Of a stretch of DNA of 64,000 nucleotides, positions 46,243 through 56,303 are shown in pieces. Below the pieces are notes generated by a model. It was not told the DNA's origin, ran no database searches, and saw nothing but the letters and a program-made list of their open reading frames with translations. Both the position numbers and the translations under genes were made by a program. Source of the stretch: Bacteroidetes bacterium GWB2_32_14 (GTDB taxonomy: Bacteria > Bacteroidota > Bacteroidia > Bacteroidales > UBA12077). The stretch lies in contig MENK01000003.1 in NCBI GenBank assembly GCA_001768235.1, forward strand, positions 85,791-149,790. Direction: 5' to 3'. Each line of letters begins with the position of its first letter. The first letter of the stretch is position 1.

Positions 46243-47586
46243 TTAAATTCCGGTATAATTAAATGGAGATATTGATTTAAGTTCTTCCTTAATCGTTGCT
46301 GATAAATTTAATTTTTCAATAAATGAATAAATGCTTTCTTTGGTAATTTTATCTCCTGTACGTGTTAATTCTTTGAGAGCTTCGTATGGTTTGGAATATC
46401 CTTCGCGGCGCAAAATTGTTTGGATAGCTTCTGCAACCACAGCCCAGTTTTCATTTAAGTCATTAGTAATTATTTGCTCATTCACGATCACCTTTTCAAG
46501 GCCATTTACAAGTGATTTAAATGCAATAAGAGTGTGAGAAATTGGAACTCCAACATTTCTGATAACTGTAGAATCTGTTAAATCGCGCTGCAATCTCGAC
46601 ACGGGAAGTTTTGCCGATAAATGTTCAAATATTGCATTGGCTAAACCCAAGTTTCCCTCGGCATTTTCAAAATCTATCGGGTTCACTTTATGAGGCATAG
46701 CAGATGAACCTACTTCTCCTTTTTTAACTTTTTGTTTGAAATAATTCAATGAGATGTACGTCCAGAAATCGCGTGACAAGTCTATAAATATTGTATTTAC
46801 ACGTTTCATGGCATCGAACATTGCTGCAAGGTTATCGTAATGTTCTATCTGGGTAGTTGTTTGCGAACGATTTAGTTTTAAAGAACTATTCACAAACTGG
46901 TTCCCGAATTTAACCCAATCAATTTGCGGGTAAGCAACATAATGAGCATTAAAATTACCTGTTGCACCACCAAATTTAGCTGAAAAAGGGATTTGTTTAA
47001 GCTGATTAATTTGTATTTCAAGTCGTTCAATAAATACATTTATTTCTTTTCCTAGTCGTGTAGGCGAAGCCGGTTGCCCATGTGTTCTGGCTAACATGGG
47101 GATATCTTTCCACTCCGATGCAAGTTTTTTTAATTTCTGAAGAACTTCATCCAAATTGGGGTAATAAACTTTTTCTAATGCTTCACGAATAGAATAAGGT
47201 GTTGCTGTATTATTAATATCCTGCGATGTTAACCCAAAATGAATAAATTCAATGTATTTATTTAGTTCAAGAGCTTCAAATTTATCTTTTAAAAAATACT
47301 CAACAGCCTTTACATCGTGATTTGTAACTTTTTCTATCTCTTTAATTTTTTGAGCATCAGTAATTGAAAAATCTGTATAAACTTTTCTAAGGGTTTGAAA
47401 AATATCTTTATTAAAATCATTTAACTGTGGTAAAGGAAGCTCGCACAGGGCAATAAAATACTCAATCTCAACTAAAACCCTGTATCTTATTAAACCCAGT
47501 TCGGAAAAATAAGGCGCAAGTTCTTCCGTTTTATTTCTGTATCGTCCATCAACAGGTGAAATTGAAGATAAAGTATCTATTGTCAT
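46243..47586 (-). CDS. purB: adenylosuccinate lyase
   Basis: The track start at 47604 is TTG. The ATG at 47586 gives MTIDTLSSISPVDGRY, a typical PurB start. The fumarate-lyase signature is GSSAMPHKVNP. Confidence 0.9.
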   Translation of the reverse strand: MTIDTLSSISPVDGRYRNKTEELAPYFSELGLIRYRVLVEIEYFIALCELPLPQLNDFNKDIFQTLRKVYTDFSITDAQKIKEIEKVTNHDVKAVEYFLKDKFEALELNKYIEFIHFGLTSQDINNTATPYSIREALEKVYYPNLDEVLQKLKKLASEWKDIPMLARTHGQPASPTRLGKEINVFIERLEIQINQLKQIPFSAKFGGATGNFNAHYVAYPQIDWVKFGNQFVNSSLKLNRSQTTTQIEHYDNLAAMFDAMKRVNTIFIDLSRDFWTYISLNYFKQKVKKGEVGSSAMPHKVNPIDFENAEGNLGLANAIFEHLSAKLPVSRLQRDLTDSTVIRNVGVPISHTLIAFKSLVNGLEKVIVNEQIITNDLNENWAVVAEAIQTILRREGYSKPYEALKELTRTGDKITKESIYSFIEKLNLSATIKEELKSISPFNYTGI

Positions 47587-47799
47587 ATTGCTATTTTTTA
47601 ACAAAGTTAGAAAAAAATATCCCGAAAAGTTTAAAAAGTAAATTTGATTACATATTTATTGTAACTAATTTCATTCTATTAAACCTGTATGTAATTGATT
47701 TATAAATAAAAAGTTAAACTATATACAAAATCATTTATTTATTCTGATTTTTTTAATAACCACATCCATTGTATCTTTGTTGTAAGTAAAACGAATGCG

Positions 47800-48555
47800 A
47801 TGACAAAAATTAAAGTTTCTGCAGTTTCATACACGAATTCAGTTCCGTTTATTTATGGATTAGAAAATAGTCCAATAATAAATCATATTGAGCTTTCAAA
47901 AGATTATCCTTCGGTTTGCGCTCAAAAGTTACTTGAAAACAAAGTGGATATTGGCTTAATTCCGGTTGCGGTAATCCCCAAATTAAATCATTACGAAATA
48001 CTATCTAACTATTGCATAGGAGCTTCCGGGCCTGTTAGATCGGTAATTCTGGCTTCGTTTTGCCCGTTAAATGAGATAAAAACCATTTATTTAGATTATC
48101 ATTCGCGATCGTCGGTTATGTTATCAAGAGTTTTAGCTCATAAATTTTGGAATATACGTGTAAAATGGACTGATACTATTGAAGGTTTTGAAAACAGAAT
48201 AAATAAAAACGAAGCTGCAGTTATCATTGGCGATAAGGCATTATTGTTGGAAAAAAATTTCCCTTATGTATATGATTTAGCCGAGGAATGGATAAAATAT
48301 ACCGGTTTACCTTTTGTATTTGCTGCCTGGGTCTCCAATAAACCCCTGGGAAACCTGTTTAAAACCGAATTCGGCAATGCACTAAAAATTGGTATAAACA
48401 GTATTGATAAATTAAATCAATGTTTCGATTTTTCTCATTTACCCCCACATATTGATGTTTTAGATTATTTTAAAAATAACATTGATTATAACCTGGATGA
48501 GCAAAAACAAAAAGGGATGAATTTGTTTTTAAAATATGCAGAAGAAATTCAATAA
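47800..48555 (+). CDS. mqnA: MqnA-like menaquinone biosynthesis protein (chorismate dehydratase family, futalosine route)
   Basis: 251 aa. The stretches IKVSAVSYTNSVPF.YGL, ......P...A..L....VD.GLIP, ..IIGD.AL and LPFVFA.WV match the MqnA/DUF178 pattern as I recall it. A -7 box tatctttg lies at 47772-47779. Confidence 0.65.
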   Translation: MTKIKVSAVSYTNSVPFIYGLENSPIINHIELSKDYPSVCAQKLLENKVDIGLIPVAVIPKLNHYEILSNYCIGASGPVRSVILASFCPLNEIKTIYLDYHSRSSVMLSRVLAHKFWNIRVKWTDTIEGFENRINKNEAAVIIGDKALLLEKNFPYVYDLAEEWIKYTGLPFVFAAWVSNKPLGNLFKTEFGNALKIGINSIDKLNQCFDFSHLPPHIDVLDYFKNNIDYNLDEQKQKGMNLFLKYAEEIQ

Positions 48556-48563
48556 CAAAAAAT

Positions 48564-49982
48564 ATGCAAAAGCTAATAATTATTTTTTTTATCATAACAA
48601 CTGTATTAACTGACGTTTTATCAGCCAAAACTATTAATAGTGAAGCTGACACCTTAAAAAATGTTGTTTACGTGTTTAGTATAGATAAGGATATTGCGCC
48701 TGCAATCTGGCGCTTGGTACAAAGGAGTTTTAATGAGGCCGATAAAGTAAATGCAGATTACATAATTATTAGTGTAAATACATATGGAGGGATGGTGAAT
48801 ATGGCTGATTCCATACGAACAAAAATTTTGGATAGCCCTGTTCCTGTTTTTGCTTTTATTGAAAACAATGCCGCATCGGCCGGAGCACTCATTTCGATTG
48901 CTGCTGACAGTATTTATATGAGAAAGGGGGCACGAATAGGCTCAGCCTCGGTAGTTGATCAAACAGGAAAAATCATGCCTGAAAAATACCAGTCGTACAT
49001 GCGTTCCACGATGCGTGCAACAGCAGAAGCTCATGGTAAAGACACTATTATTCAAGGAAATGACACGATAATAAAATGGCATCGCGATCCAGGAATTGCC
49101 GAAGCTATGGTTGATCCAAGAATTAAAATTGAAGGAATATCCGATACAAGCACAATAATAGCATTTACTGCACAGGAAGCACTTAAATACGGATACTGTG
49201 AAGCCATTGTTGAAGATGTAGATGAATTAATAAAGCATACCGGAATAAAAAATTACACGATAGTAACATACGAACCAACAGGTTTGGATAAATTTATTGG
49301 TTTTCTTTTGAATCCTGTTGTTCAAGGAATTCTGATAATGTTAATGATTGGGGGAATATATTTCGAACTTCAAACTCCCGGAATTGGATTCCCGCTTGGT
49401 GCTGCAGTTTTTGCTGCAACATTTTATTTTGCTCCTTTGTATCTTGAAGGGTTAGCCGAAAACTGGGAACTCATTATTTTCATAGCCGGGTTAATTTTAA
49501 TTGCTTTAGAAATATTTATAATCCCGGGTTTTGGAATTGCCGGAATAAGCGGAATTATTCTTGCTCTTGCAGGTTTGGTTTTAGCCATGATAGATAATAT
49601 CATTTTTGATTTTGAATTTCATTCGCAAGAAGCATTCAGTGTAGTAAGCAAATCCCTTTTAGTTGTTTTCATTTCAATATTTGCCTCTTTCTTTTTAATA
49701 TTATATTTAAGCAAAAAATTTGCTACATCATGGGCATTCTCCGGATTAGTTCTTGAATCAACACAAAAAAAAGAAGAAGGATTTGTTGGTGTTGATGTTA
49801 AACAAAAATATCTTATAGGTAAAACAGGAAAAACTGTTACCTGGCTACGGCCAAGCGGAAAAATAGAGATTGATAATGAAATATTTGATGCAATATCTGA
49901 AACAGGATATATCGAAAAAGGAAAGCAGGTTAAAGTTATAAACTTTAGTACCAGCCAGCTATACGTTTCAAAAATTGATTAA
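48564..49982 (+). CDS. NfeD-family membrane-bound serine protease (ClpP-class N-domain, TM core, C-terminal OB domain)
   Basis: 472 aa. Signal peptide, ClpP-like region (I.I.VNTYGGMV..A..I...I.....PV.AF....AASAGALI), 4-5 TM helices, and a C-terminal NfeD OB-fold (G..G.....L.P.G...I......DA.SE.G.IE.G..V.V). Confidence 0.8.
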   Translation: MQKLIIIFFIITTVLTDVLSAKTINSEADTLKNVVYVFSIDKDIAPAIWRLVQRSFNEADKVNADYIIISVNTYGGMVNMADSIRTKILDSPVPVFAFIENNAASAGALISIAADSIYMRKGARIGSASVVDQTGKIMPEKYQSYMRSTMRATAEAHGKDTIIQGNDTIIKWHRDPGIAEAMVDPRIKIEGISDTSTIIAFTAQEALKYGYCEAIVEDVDELIKHTGIKNYTIVTYEPTGLDKFIGFLLNPVVQGILIMLMIGGIYFELQTPGIGFPLGAAVFAATFYFAPLYLEGLAENWELIIFIAGLILIALEIFIIPGFGIAGISGIILALAGLVLAMIDNIIFDFEFHSQEAFSVVSKSLLVVFISIFASFFLILYLSKKFATSWAFSGLVLESTQKKEEGFVGVDVKQKYLIGKTGKTVTWLRPSGKIEIDNEIFDAISETGYIEKGKQVKVINFSTSQLYVSKID

Positions 49983-49989
49983 CTAAAAA

Positions 49990-50433
49990 ATGGAAAAACA
50001 ATTTATTGTAAGAGATTACACCCGTAACGATTTTAATAAACTAAACCTGCTTTGGCAGGAAACCGGTTTAGGAGGAACCCAACGGGGCGATAATGAAGAA
50101 ATAATCAGCAATAGCTTAAAAATAGGAGGAAAACTGATTCTTATTGAAAATACAGAAACAAATGAAATTATTGGTTCATCATGGATGACTTTTGACGGGC
50201 GAAGAATCCACCTGCATCATATCGGCGTGTTGCCACCATATCAGAATAAAGGATTTGGTAAGTTGCTAACCCGTGAATCATTAAAATTTGCCAAAGAAAA
50301 AGGATACCAGATAAAGCTGGAAGTTCATCAAACCAATAAAATAGCAATTGACATTTATAAAAAACTGGGATTTACATTTCTTGGTGATTATGATGTATAT
50401 ATTGTTCGTGATATAAACAGCATACAATTATAA
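49990..50433 (+). CDS. GNAT-family N-acetyltransferase
   Basis: 147 aa. Acetyl-CoA-binding motif VLPPYQNKGFGKLL plus ...A...Y.K.GF. Confidence 0.8.
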   Translation: MEKQFIVRDYTRNDFNKLNLLWQETGLGGTQRGDNEEIISNSLKIGGKLILIENTETNEIIGSSWMTFDGRRIHLHHIGVLPPYQNKGFGKLLTRESLKFAKEKGYQIKLEVHQTNKIAIDIYKKLGFTFLGDYDVYIVRDINSIQL

Positions 50434-50537
50434 TTGTTAATTTTTGCTAAAATTGATGTTAAAATGATGTTAAAATTTTTTACTCAGGATTAAATTCTGT
50501 ACTTTTATGGGTGTGTCTAAATTTAAAAAGCGTTGTT

Positions 50538-50792
50538 ATGACAATTACATTCAATGAGTTACGTAAAATTAAAGACAATCTTCCTCATGGAGCAATTAAA
50601 GAAATTGCTCAAAAATTAAACATGAACGAAGAAACTGTGAGAAACTACTTTGGGGGAGCAAATTACCGTGATGGTCAAAGTGTTGGAATTCATTTTTCAC
50701 AAGGTCCCGATGGCGGACTCGTTACTTTTGACGATACTACAATACTGGATATGGCTATTGAAATAACCGAAGTAGAAAAATCCAGGGTTTAA
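50538..50792 (+). CDS. small hypothetical protein with HTH-like segment
   Basis: The track start at 50511 is GTG. The ATG at 50538 gives MTITFNELRKIKDNLPHGAIKEIAQKLNMNEETVRNYFGG (84 aa). GAIKEIAQKLNMNEETVRNY looks like a helix-turn-helix. The family was not recognised. Confidence 0.5.
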   Translation: MTITFNELRKIKDNLPHGAIKEIAQKLNMNEETVRNYFGGANYRDGQSVGIHFSQGPDGGLVTFDDTTILDMAIEITEVEKSRV

Positions 50793-50810
50793 TCGCTTTC
50801 CTTTCGCGAA

Positions 50811-50846
50811 AAAAAAGCAGAAGAGCATTCCTTTTCTGCTTTTTTA
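50811..50846 (+). terminator. Rho-independent terminator
   Basis: Sequence aaaaaagcagaa-gagcattcctt-ttctgctttttt, with the stem extended by A/T arms and followed by a T-run. Confidence 0.6.
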
Positions 50847-50867
50847 TTATAATTTCTTACTTGAAAA

Positions 50868-51521
50868 ATGAGCAAGCTGCAAAAAAATATAAACCAAATT
50901 GAAGATAAATGGCTTGAAAAACTATTTACTTATACCAGAATATTGTTTTCAAAAAGTAACATTACTTCACACGATCACCTGCATCATAAACGGGTTTGGA
51001 ACTACTGTAAAGAAATCTTAAATGCTCTTGAATCCGAAATTTTAATTGAAAAAGACCTAATCGAATCACTTATAATAGCTACCTTTTTTCATGATACCGG
51101 GTTAACAATTACTGTTAACGAAAATCATGGATTCAAAAGCCGAATGCTGTGCGAAAACTATTTTAATGAAAATAATATTGAAAAGCCTGTAAATTTTGAA
51201 CAAATACTGGATGCAATAGAAAAACACGACAATAAAAATTATACTGAAAAACAATCGCCAACTTCACTGCTTACTATTTTGTGTACAGCAGATGATATGG
51301 ATGCTTTTGGACGAATTGGAGTAATCCGATATTCAGAAATATATTTATTAAGGGGATTACCACTACATAAATTGCCTGATACTGTTATTGAAAACATAGA
51401 CAAACGATTTGGGAATTTTAAACAGAATTATCAGTTCTTGCCTGATTTATTTACTAAATACAAGTCAGAATACTTGATTACAAGAGAATTCTATGAAGAA
51501 CTGAAAAAAGAATTATCATAA
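50868..51521 (+). CDS. HD-domain phosphohydrolase-family protein
   Basis: 217 aa. Contains H..HHKRV, ..FFHDTG, and later ...HD... and ..ADDMDAFG, which give the HD metal-binding residues. Confidence 0.75.
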   Translation: MSKLQKNINQIEDKWLEKLFTYTRILFSKSNITSHDHLHHKRVWNYCKEILNALESEILIEKDLIESLIIATFFHDTGLTITVNENHGFKSRMLCENYFNENNIEKPVNFEQILDAIEKHDNKNYTEKQSPTSLLTILCTADDMDAFGRIGVIRYSEIYLLRGLPLHKLPDTVIENIDKRFGNFKQNYQFLPDLFTKYKSEYLITREFYEELKKELS

Positions 51522-51537
51522 AAATTTTATAAGGAAA

Positions 51538-52149
51538 TTATTTTATAAGGAAATCCAGCATTTTTCTATCTTCGATAAAAGCAGTAAGCCTGTCTCCAAT
51601 TTTTACAGGGCCTATACCAGCAGGAGTACCAGTGAATAGGATATCCCCAATTTTTAAAGTTAAGAATTTTGAAACATGAGCAATTAATTGATCGACAGGA
51701 AAAATCATTTGACTGGTATTGGCTTGCTGAACTGTTTCCCCGTTTAATTCTAACCTAAAATTCAAATTTTGAATATCACCCCAATTATTTAAATGGACAA
51801 ATTTACTCATTGGTGCAGCACCATCGAATGCTTTAGCCATTTCCCAGGGTAATCCTTTTTCTTTGCATTTATTCTGAAGATCGCGTGCAGTAAAATCAAT
51901 TCCAATACCAATCTCATCGAAATAGCGATGTGCAAAACGTGGAGAAATATTTTTTCCTACTTTGCTGATTTTAAGAATGATTTCAACTTCATATTGAATA
52001 TCATTTGAAAAATCGGGGTAAAAGAACGGGTGGTTATTCCGAATAATTGTTGTGTCGGGCTTTAAAAAAAATATAGGTTCTTTAGGTACCGGATTATTTA
52101 GCTCTTTGGCATGATCGATATAATTCCGCCCTATTGCTATGATTTTCAT
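51538..52149 (-). CDS. fumarylacetoacetate hydrolase (FAH) family protein
   Basis: 203 aa. MKIIAIGRNY..HA.E........P.FF.K......, E.E......IG...., DFTARDLQ and GD....GTP.G.G are FAH-fold motifs. Confidence 0.85.
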   Translation of the reverse strand: MKIIAIGRNYIDHAKELNNPVPKEPIFFLKPDTTIIRNNHPFFYPDFSNDIQYEVEIILKISKVGKNISPRFAHRYFDEIGIGIDFTARDLQNKCKEKGLPWEMAKAFDGAAPMSKFVHLNNWGDIQNLNFRLELNGETVQQANTSQMIFPVDQLIAHVSKFLTLKIGDILFTGTPAGIGPVKIGDRLTAFIEDRKMLDFLIK

Positions 52150-52246
52150 ATTTCAGATAATAGGCAAGTTATGAGTTATGACTGATTTCTTTAAAAATGA
52201 AAACATTAAATCTAATATCTTAAATCTCATATTTTGATACTCAAAA

Positions 52247-53014
52247 TTACGAATTAAATTTTCGAAGTTTTATTGCAGTCAATACCTTTTTCGTGTACAA
52301 GGGAAAATCACTATTCATCATCCATCCAAAATAGCCGGAATCTTTTTCTAAAACAGATTCAACAGTCTGGCCTTTGTATTTCCCGAAATTAAAAACTTCT
52401 TCTCCCTTATCGTTGTAAACAATACGGCCTGCAAAATCGGCATTGGTATTGTGAGATGAGAATTTAGAGAGTGACTCCATATCGTTTTCCAAATCTTTAT
52501 ACCTGTCAACCTGAGCTTTCAGAATTTCGTATGTAGCCATAGTATCTGCCTTTGCACTATGAGCATTGGTTAAGTCTTTATCGCAATAAAATTTGTAAGC
52601 AGCACTTAATGTACGTTGCTCCATTTTATGGAAAATAACCTGAACATCGATTAAACGAAGTTTCTTTAAATCAAAATCAATATCAACTCTTAAAAATTCT
52701 TCGGCAAGTAAAGGAATATCGAATTTATTTGAGTTATAACCAGCTAAATCGCATCCTTCGAGAAAATGAGCAATATTTTTTCCTACTTCATTAAATGTGG
52801 GTTCGTTTTTAACATCTTCGTCAGTAATCCCGTGAATATCTGTAGCTTGTTTAGGTATGGGCATCTGGGGATTTACACGCATGGTTTTACTTTCGTCTTT
52901 TCCATTTGGATGAATTTTGAGCAATGATATTTCAACGATTCTGTCGTTAGCAATATCAATACCTGTAGTTTCGAGATCGAAAAATACAATTGGTTTTTTT
53001 AAGTTTAATTCCAT
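52247..53014 (-). CDS. 3'-5' exonuclease, DnaQ/DEDDh family
   Basis: The track start at 53032 is TTG. The ATG at 53014 gives MELNLKKPIVFFDLETTG (Exo I). Exo II is GYNS..FD.P.L and Exo III is HSA.AD. Lies directly downstream of dnaN. Confidence 0.85.
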   Translation of the reverse strand: MELNLKKPIVFFDLETTGIDIANDRIVEISLLKIHPNGKDESKTMRVNPQMPIPKQATDIHGITDEDVKNEPTFNEVGKNIAHFLEGCDLAGYNSNKFDIPLLAEEFLRVDIDFDLKKLRLIDVQVIFHKMEQRTLSAAYKFYCDKDLTNAHSAKADTMATYEILKAQVDRYKDLENDMESLSKFSSHNTNADFAGRIVYNDKGEEVFNFGKYKGQTVESVLEKDSGYFGWMMNSDFPLYTKKVLTAIKLRKFNS

Positions 53015-53098
53015 TATAAATTCTTTTTGCAAACATAAGCATGAATAACAAAAAAGAGCTTCGTGCGAAACTCTTTTTCAGTTATCATTAATTATTTT

Positions 53099-54229
53099 TT
53101 ATACATTAATCATCATCGGCATAATCAGCATCAACACATCTTCGTCGATGTTTTCTCTTTCTGCAGGAAGTAAGATGCCTGCACGTGATGGATCTGAAAG
53201 TTCAACAACAACATCTGTTGAAGATAAATTCGATAATATTTCAATCAGGAAGGACGATTTGAATCCAATTTCCATATCATCGCCTTCGTATTGGCAATTC
53301 AAACGTTCGTTTGCCGAAATTGAGAAATCAATATCCTGGGCCGAAACATTAAGCTGGTTCCCTTTAAGATCAAGTTTAACCAGGTTGCTTGCCTGGTTCG
53401 AGAATAATGCCACACGTTTTAATGCATTGTATAATTCCAACCTATCGATTGTTAATTTATTCGGGTTATTGGTAGGAATTACTGAATTGTAACTCGGGTA
53501 GTTTCCTTCAACCAAGCGGGAAACAAGTTTATATTCAGACAAAGTGAAAAATGCGTTTTTATCGTCGAATTCAATTAATACCTGTTTTTGTTCTTTTGGA
53601 AGTATCGCTTTTAATAATGAAGCCGGTTTTTTGGGAAGAATAAATGATGATTCATTTTCGGATTTAACATCCATTCTCTTGTAACGAACCAATTTATGAG
53701 CATCGGAAGCTACAAATGTCATATTATCGGAATACAATTCGATAAATATACCATTCATTACAGGCCGTAGTTCATCATCGGCAGTAGCAAAAAGAGTTTT
53801 TACTATTCCGTTTAACAATACATCCGAGGGAAGTTGAACTGATGTTTTTAGGTCTTTCTTCAAGCTTGGTAATTGTGGAAAATCTTCACCATTTTGTCCT
53901 ACAACATTGTATTTCCCATTTTCTGTTGTAATAACTATGCTAAAAGTATCGTTATTAATATCGAAAGTTAATGGTTGATCGGGAAATTCCTTTAATGTAT
54001 CGGTTAAAATTCTTGCAGGAATCGCGATATTACCGCCATCGGTTACATTTTCAAGATGAATAGTAGTAATTAAGGTTGTTTCCAAATCGGATGCGGTAAT
54101 TTTAAGTTCTTTTTCGTTTAACTGAAAAAGAAAATTATCAAGTATAGGCAGTGTGTTTTTATTGCTAATAACCCTGCTAATTGCCTGTAAATGATTTAAA
54201 AGTTCTGTGCTGGAAATTACAAATTTCAT
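53099..54229 (-). CDS. dnaN: DNA polymerase III subunit beta (sliding clamp)
   Basis: 376 aa. MKF.IS...L...L......V......LPIL.N.L......L...A.DLE, three-domain length, and a C-terminal ..PMM.. motif. Confidence 0.9.
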   Translation of the reverse strand: MKFVISSTELLNHLQAISRVISNKNTLPILDNFLFQLNEKELKITASDLETTLITTIHLENVTDGGNIAIPARILTDTLKEFPDQPLTFDINNDTFSIVITTENGKYNVVGQNGEDFPQLPSLKKDLKTSVQLPSDVLLNGIVKTLFATADDELRPVMNGIFIELYSDNMTFVASDAHKLVRYKRMDVKSENESSFILPKKPASLLKAILPKEQKQVLIEFDDKNAFFTLSEYKLVSRLVEGNYPSYNSVIPTNNPNKLTIDRLELYNALKRVALFSNQASNLVKLDLKGNQLNVSAQDIDFSISANERLNCQYEGDDMEIGFKSSFLIEILSNLSSTDVVVELSDPSRAGILLPAERENIDEDVLMLIMPMMINV

Positions 54230-54329
54230 TTGTATCTATTTTAAATTTTTAATTATAAACACTTATAAATTAATTATCAATAATACGAAAAAAAACTCAA
54301 TGAGCCAATATACATATTCGATTTTTGTG

Positions 54330-55316
54330 CTAGCGAAAATAATCAATTTCTTTGAATATTAAATCAAAATTATAATATTGAATTACTAACAATTCATCAT
54401 TATTATTGAATACTGCATAAGCCCTGTTGTAGTCAAATCCGGCTTTATTACCAAACTCATCAATATTATTTTCTGCATCTTTCCTGAAGATTTCAAGTTT
54501 ATTTATTGCTCCATTGTAATCTTCAACTGAAATTATACAGTAGGCAACAGATTGTTTAACAGAGTCGATTTTTTCTCCGGCTAATGTAGCTTTATTTTCA
54601 TATTTAACATTTTGGAAATTAGTAAAATATTGAGCAACCTTTTCTATATTAAAATCTTGTTCATACTCTCCTTCGTTAAGGTTTTGTAATGTAAAAGTTC
54701 CTTTATTATATGCTACTTTGAAAGATTTTGTATTTGACCGGGGGTATTCAACAGTAATCGACTTAATATGTTGTGGCAAGTAGTTAAATACCGTTTTATC
54801 GCGCCAGAAATTTTCATTTGTAATAAATAACTGGGAAACCTGACCTTTAAAATCGGGAATTCTAACAATATAAGGTTCCTGTGAGTTAGTCATCATCATG
54901 TATGTTTTATTCTTGCTCATCGCGGGCTGATTAACAAAAAACTTTCGGCTAAAGAACTTGTTGTCTCTGAGTTCAACAAGAACCCCTTCTTTTTTAAGGA
55001 TATTACTTATTTGATTTCTTTCAACTTTTGATACAGGTGTAAGGATATCAATACTTGTTAAAGCATTTAAAAAATTAGTAATAATCAAATCGTTAACCTT
55101 GTATTTGCCATTCAATTCCCATGTATTGTTTTTTTTACTTAACCCGATTTGTTCTTGTGATGAAGATATTTTTATTTCAGATATTTTATCGGCTGACTGA
55201 ATTAAAAAACCTGTATTTCCTGATTTTAAAGTTCCATGCGGGTTTGAAAAAATATATACAGCTACAAAAGTAATCAGCAATAAAACAATTAGTATTAAAA
55301 GCCTGTTTGATTTCAT
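54330..55316 (-). CDS. membrane-anchored hypothetical protein (DUF4340-like)
   Basis: 328 aa. N-terminal TM (LLILIVLLLITFVAVYIF) followed by a beta-rich ectodomain. The DUF4340 assignment is from general resemblance only. Confidence 0.5.
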   Translation of the reverse strand: MKSNRLLILIVLLLITFVAVYIFSNPHGTLKSGNTGFLIQSADKISEIKISSSQEQIGLSKKNNTWELNGKYKVNDLIITNFLNALTSIDILTPVSKVERNQISNILKKEGVLVELRDNKFFSRKFFVNQPAMSKNKTYMMMTNSQEPYIVRIPDFKGQVSQLFITNENFWRDKTVFNYLPQHIKSITVEYPRSNTKSFKVAYNKGTFTLQNLNEGEYEQDFNIEKVAQYFTNFQNVKYENKATLAGEKIDSVKQSVAYCIISVEDYNGAINKLEIFRKDAENNIDEFGNKAGFDYNRAYAVFNNNDELLVIQYYNFDLIFKEIDYFR

Positions 55317-55324
55317 TATGATTT

Positions 55325-55942
55325 TTAAAAAGTAATTGCAATACCCACCAATGGAGTCTGGGTCTGTGAATCAATCTGAAAATTGAAATTTACAGAAGTA
55401 TTCTCAAAATACTGATTCGATAATATTCCCCTGTTGTAGTCGTGCAAAGAACGGAAAAGGTATGTTTTTGCTAAAATATGATATGTAAAGTTACCCGTAA
55501 TAAAAATAAGAATTGAAGCTGTCAGATAGCCGCTTTCTTCTTCGAGATACGTGTTTTCATCAATCACTTCATCCCCTGTACTTATTGAAGGGACATAAGT
55601 AAAATGGCGATATGCAAGCAAAGGTGCAATGACCCACATTTGAGCTATACCTGCCATACGTGTATATTTATAGATATTGATATTTTCAGTTGCAATAGAA
55701 TCAGTTAATAAATAGGGTTTTAGTTTTTGGCCGAACATGCCCACATTTTTCCACGTTTCACCATTATCGGGAGAAAATTTACGATTCACTATAAAGAAAG
55801 GGGTCAGCGTAATCCACATGGTTTTACTCTTATAATTCAGCGAATCGATAGATTTATTGCTTATTGTAATAGGTATTTGAGCAAAGTTTTGATATGCTAT
55901 TCCAATTAGAATAATGAATATGAAAACAATCTTTTTAACCAT
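55325..55942 (-). CDS. hypothetical exported/membrane protein
   Basis: 205 aa. Signal peptide MVKKIVFIFIILIGIAYQNFAQ plus internal hydrophobic segments. Lies 8 nt upstream of the DUF4340-like gene. Confidence 0.55.
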   Translation of the reverse strand: MVKKIVFIFIILIGIAYQNFAQIPITISNKSIDSLNYKSKTMWITLTPFFIVNRKFSPDNGETWKNVGMFGQKLKPYLLTDSIATENINIYKYTRMAGIAQMWVIAPLLAYRHFTYVPSISTGDEVIDENTYLEEESGYLTASILIFITGNFTYHILAKTYLFRSLHDYNRGILSNQYFENTSVNFNFQIDSQTQTPLVGIAITF

Positions 55943-56303
55943 ATTATGAATACCCTTTTAATTTTCAACATAAAAATAATACAAAGCTTTTAAAAAGAAC
56001 GATAAATATTGATTTTTCTTATTAGTTGAGACTTTATTTTAATTGTAATTAAAATCTAAAACTAAAACATATTAAATTCTTGGATAAATATTATACTATT
56101 TCTTTTCCAAAGACTAAGTTAGTTTCAAAAGTATTAATTTCACTTAATATCAATTAAAAAGATTCTATTAGTTCAATATTTAAAAAAAATACAACAAGTG
56201 GTTATATAATCATGTGATAATTCATTAAAACAATAAATCAAAAATAAACCGAACTTAAAAAAAAATATTTATGTAAATTTGTACTTCCTCAAAAAAATAA
56301 AAA

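Noticed and set aside
54230-56303. Possible replication origin near dnaN, covering the AT-rich spacers at 54230-54329 and 55943-56303.
   Set aside because: I found no clustered DnaA boxes. The best matches to TTATCCACA have at least 2 mismatches or a deletion (for example ttataaaca and ttatcacat). dnaA is absent, and dnaN is not origin-linked in many Bacteroidota.
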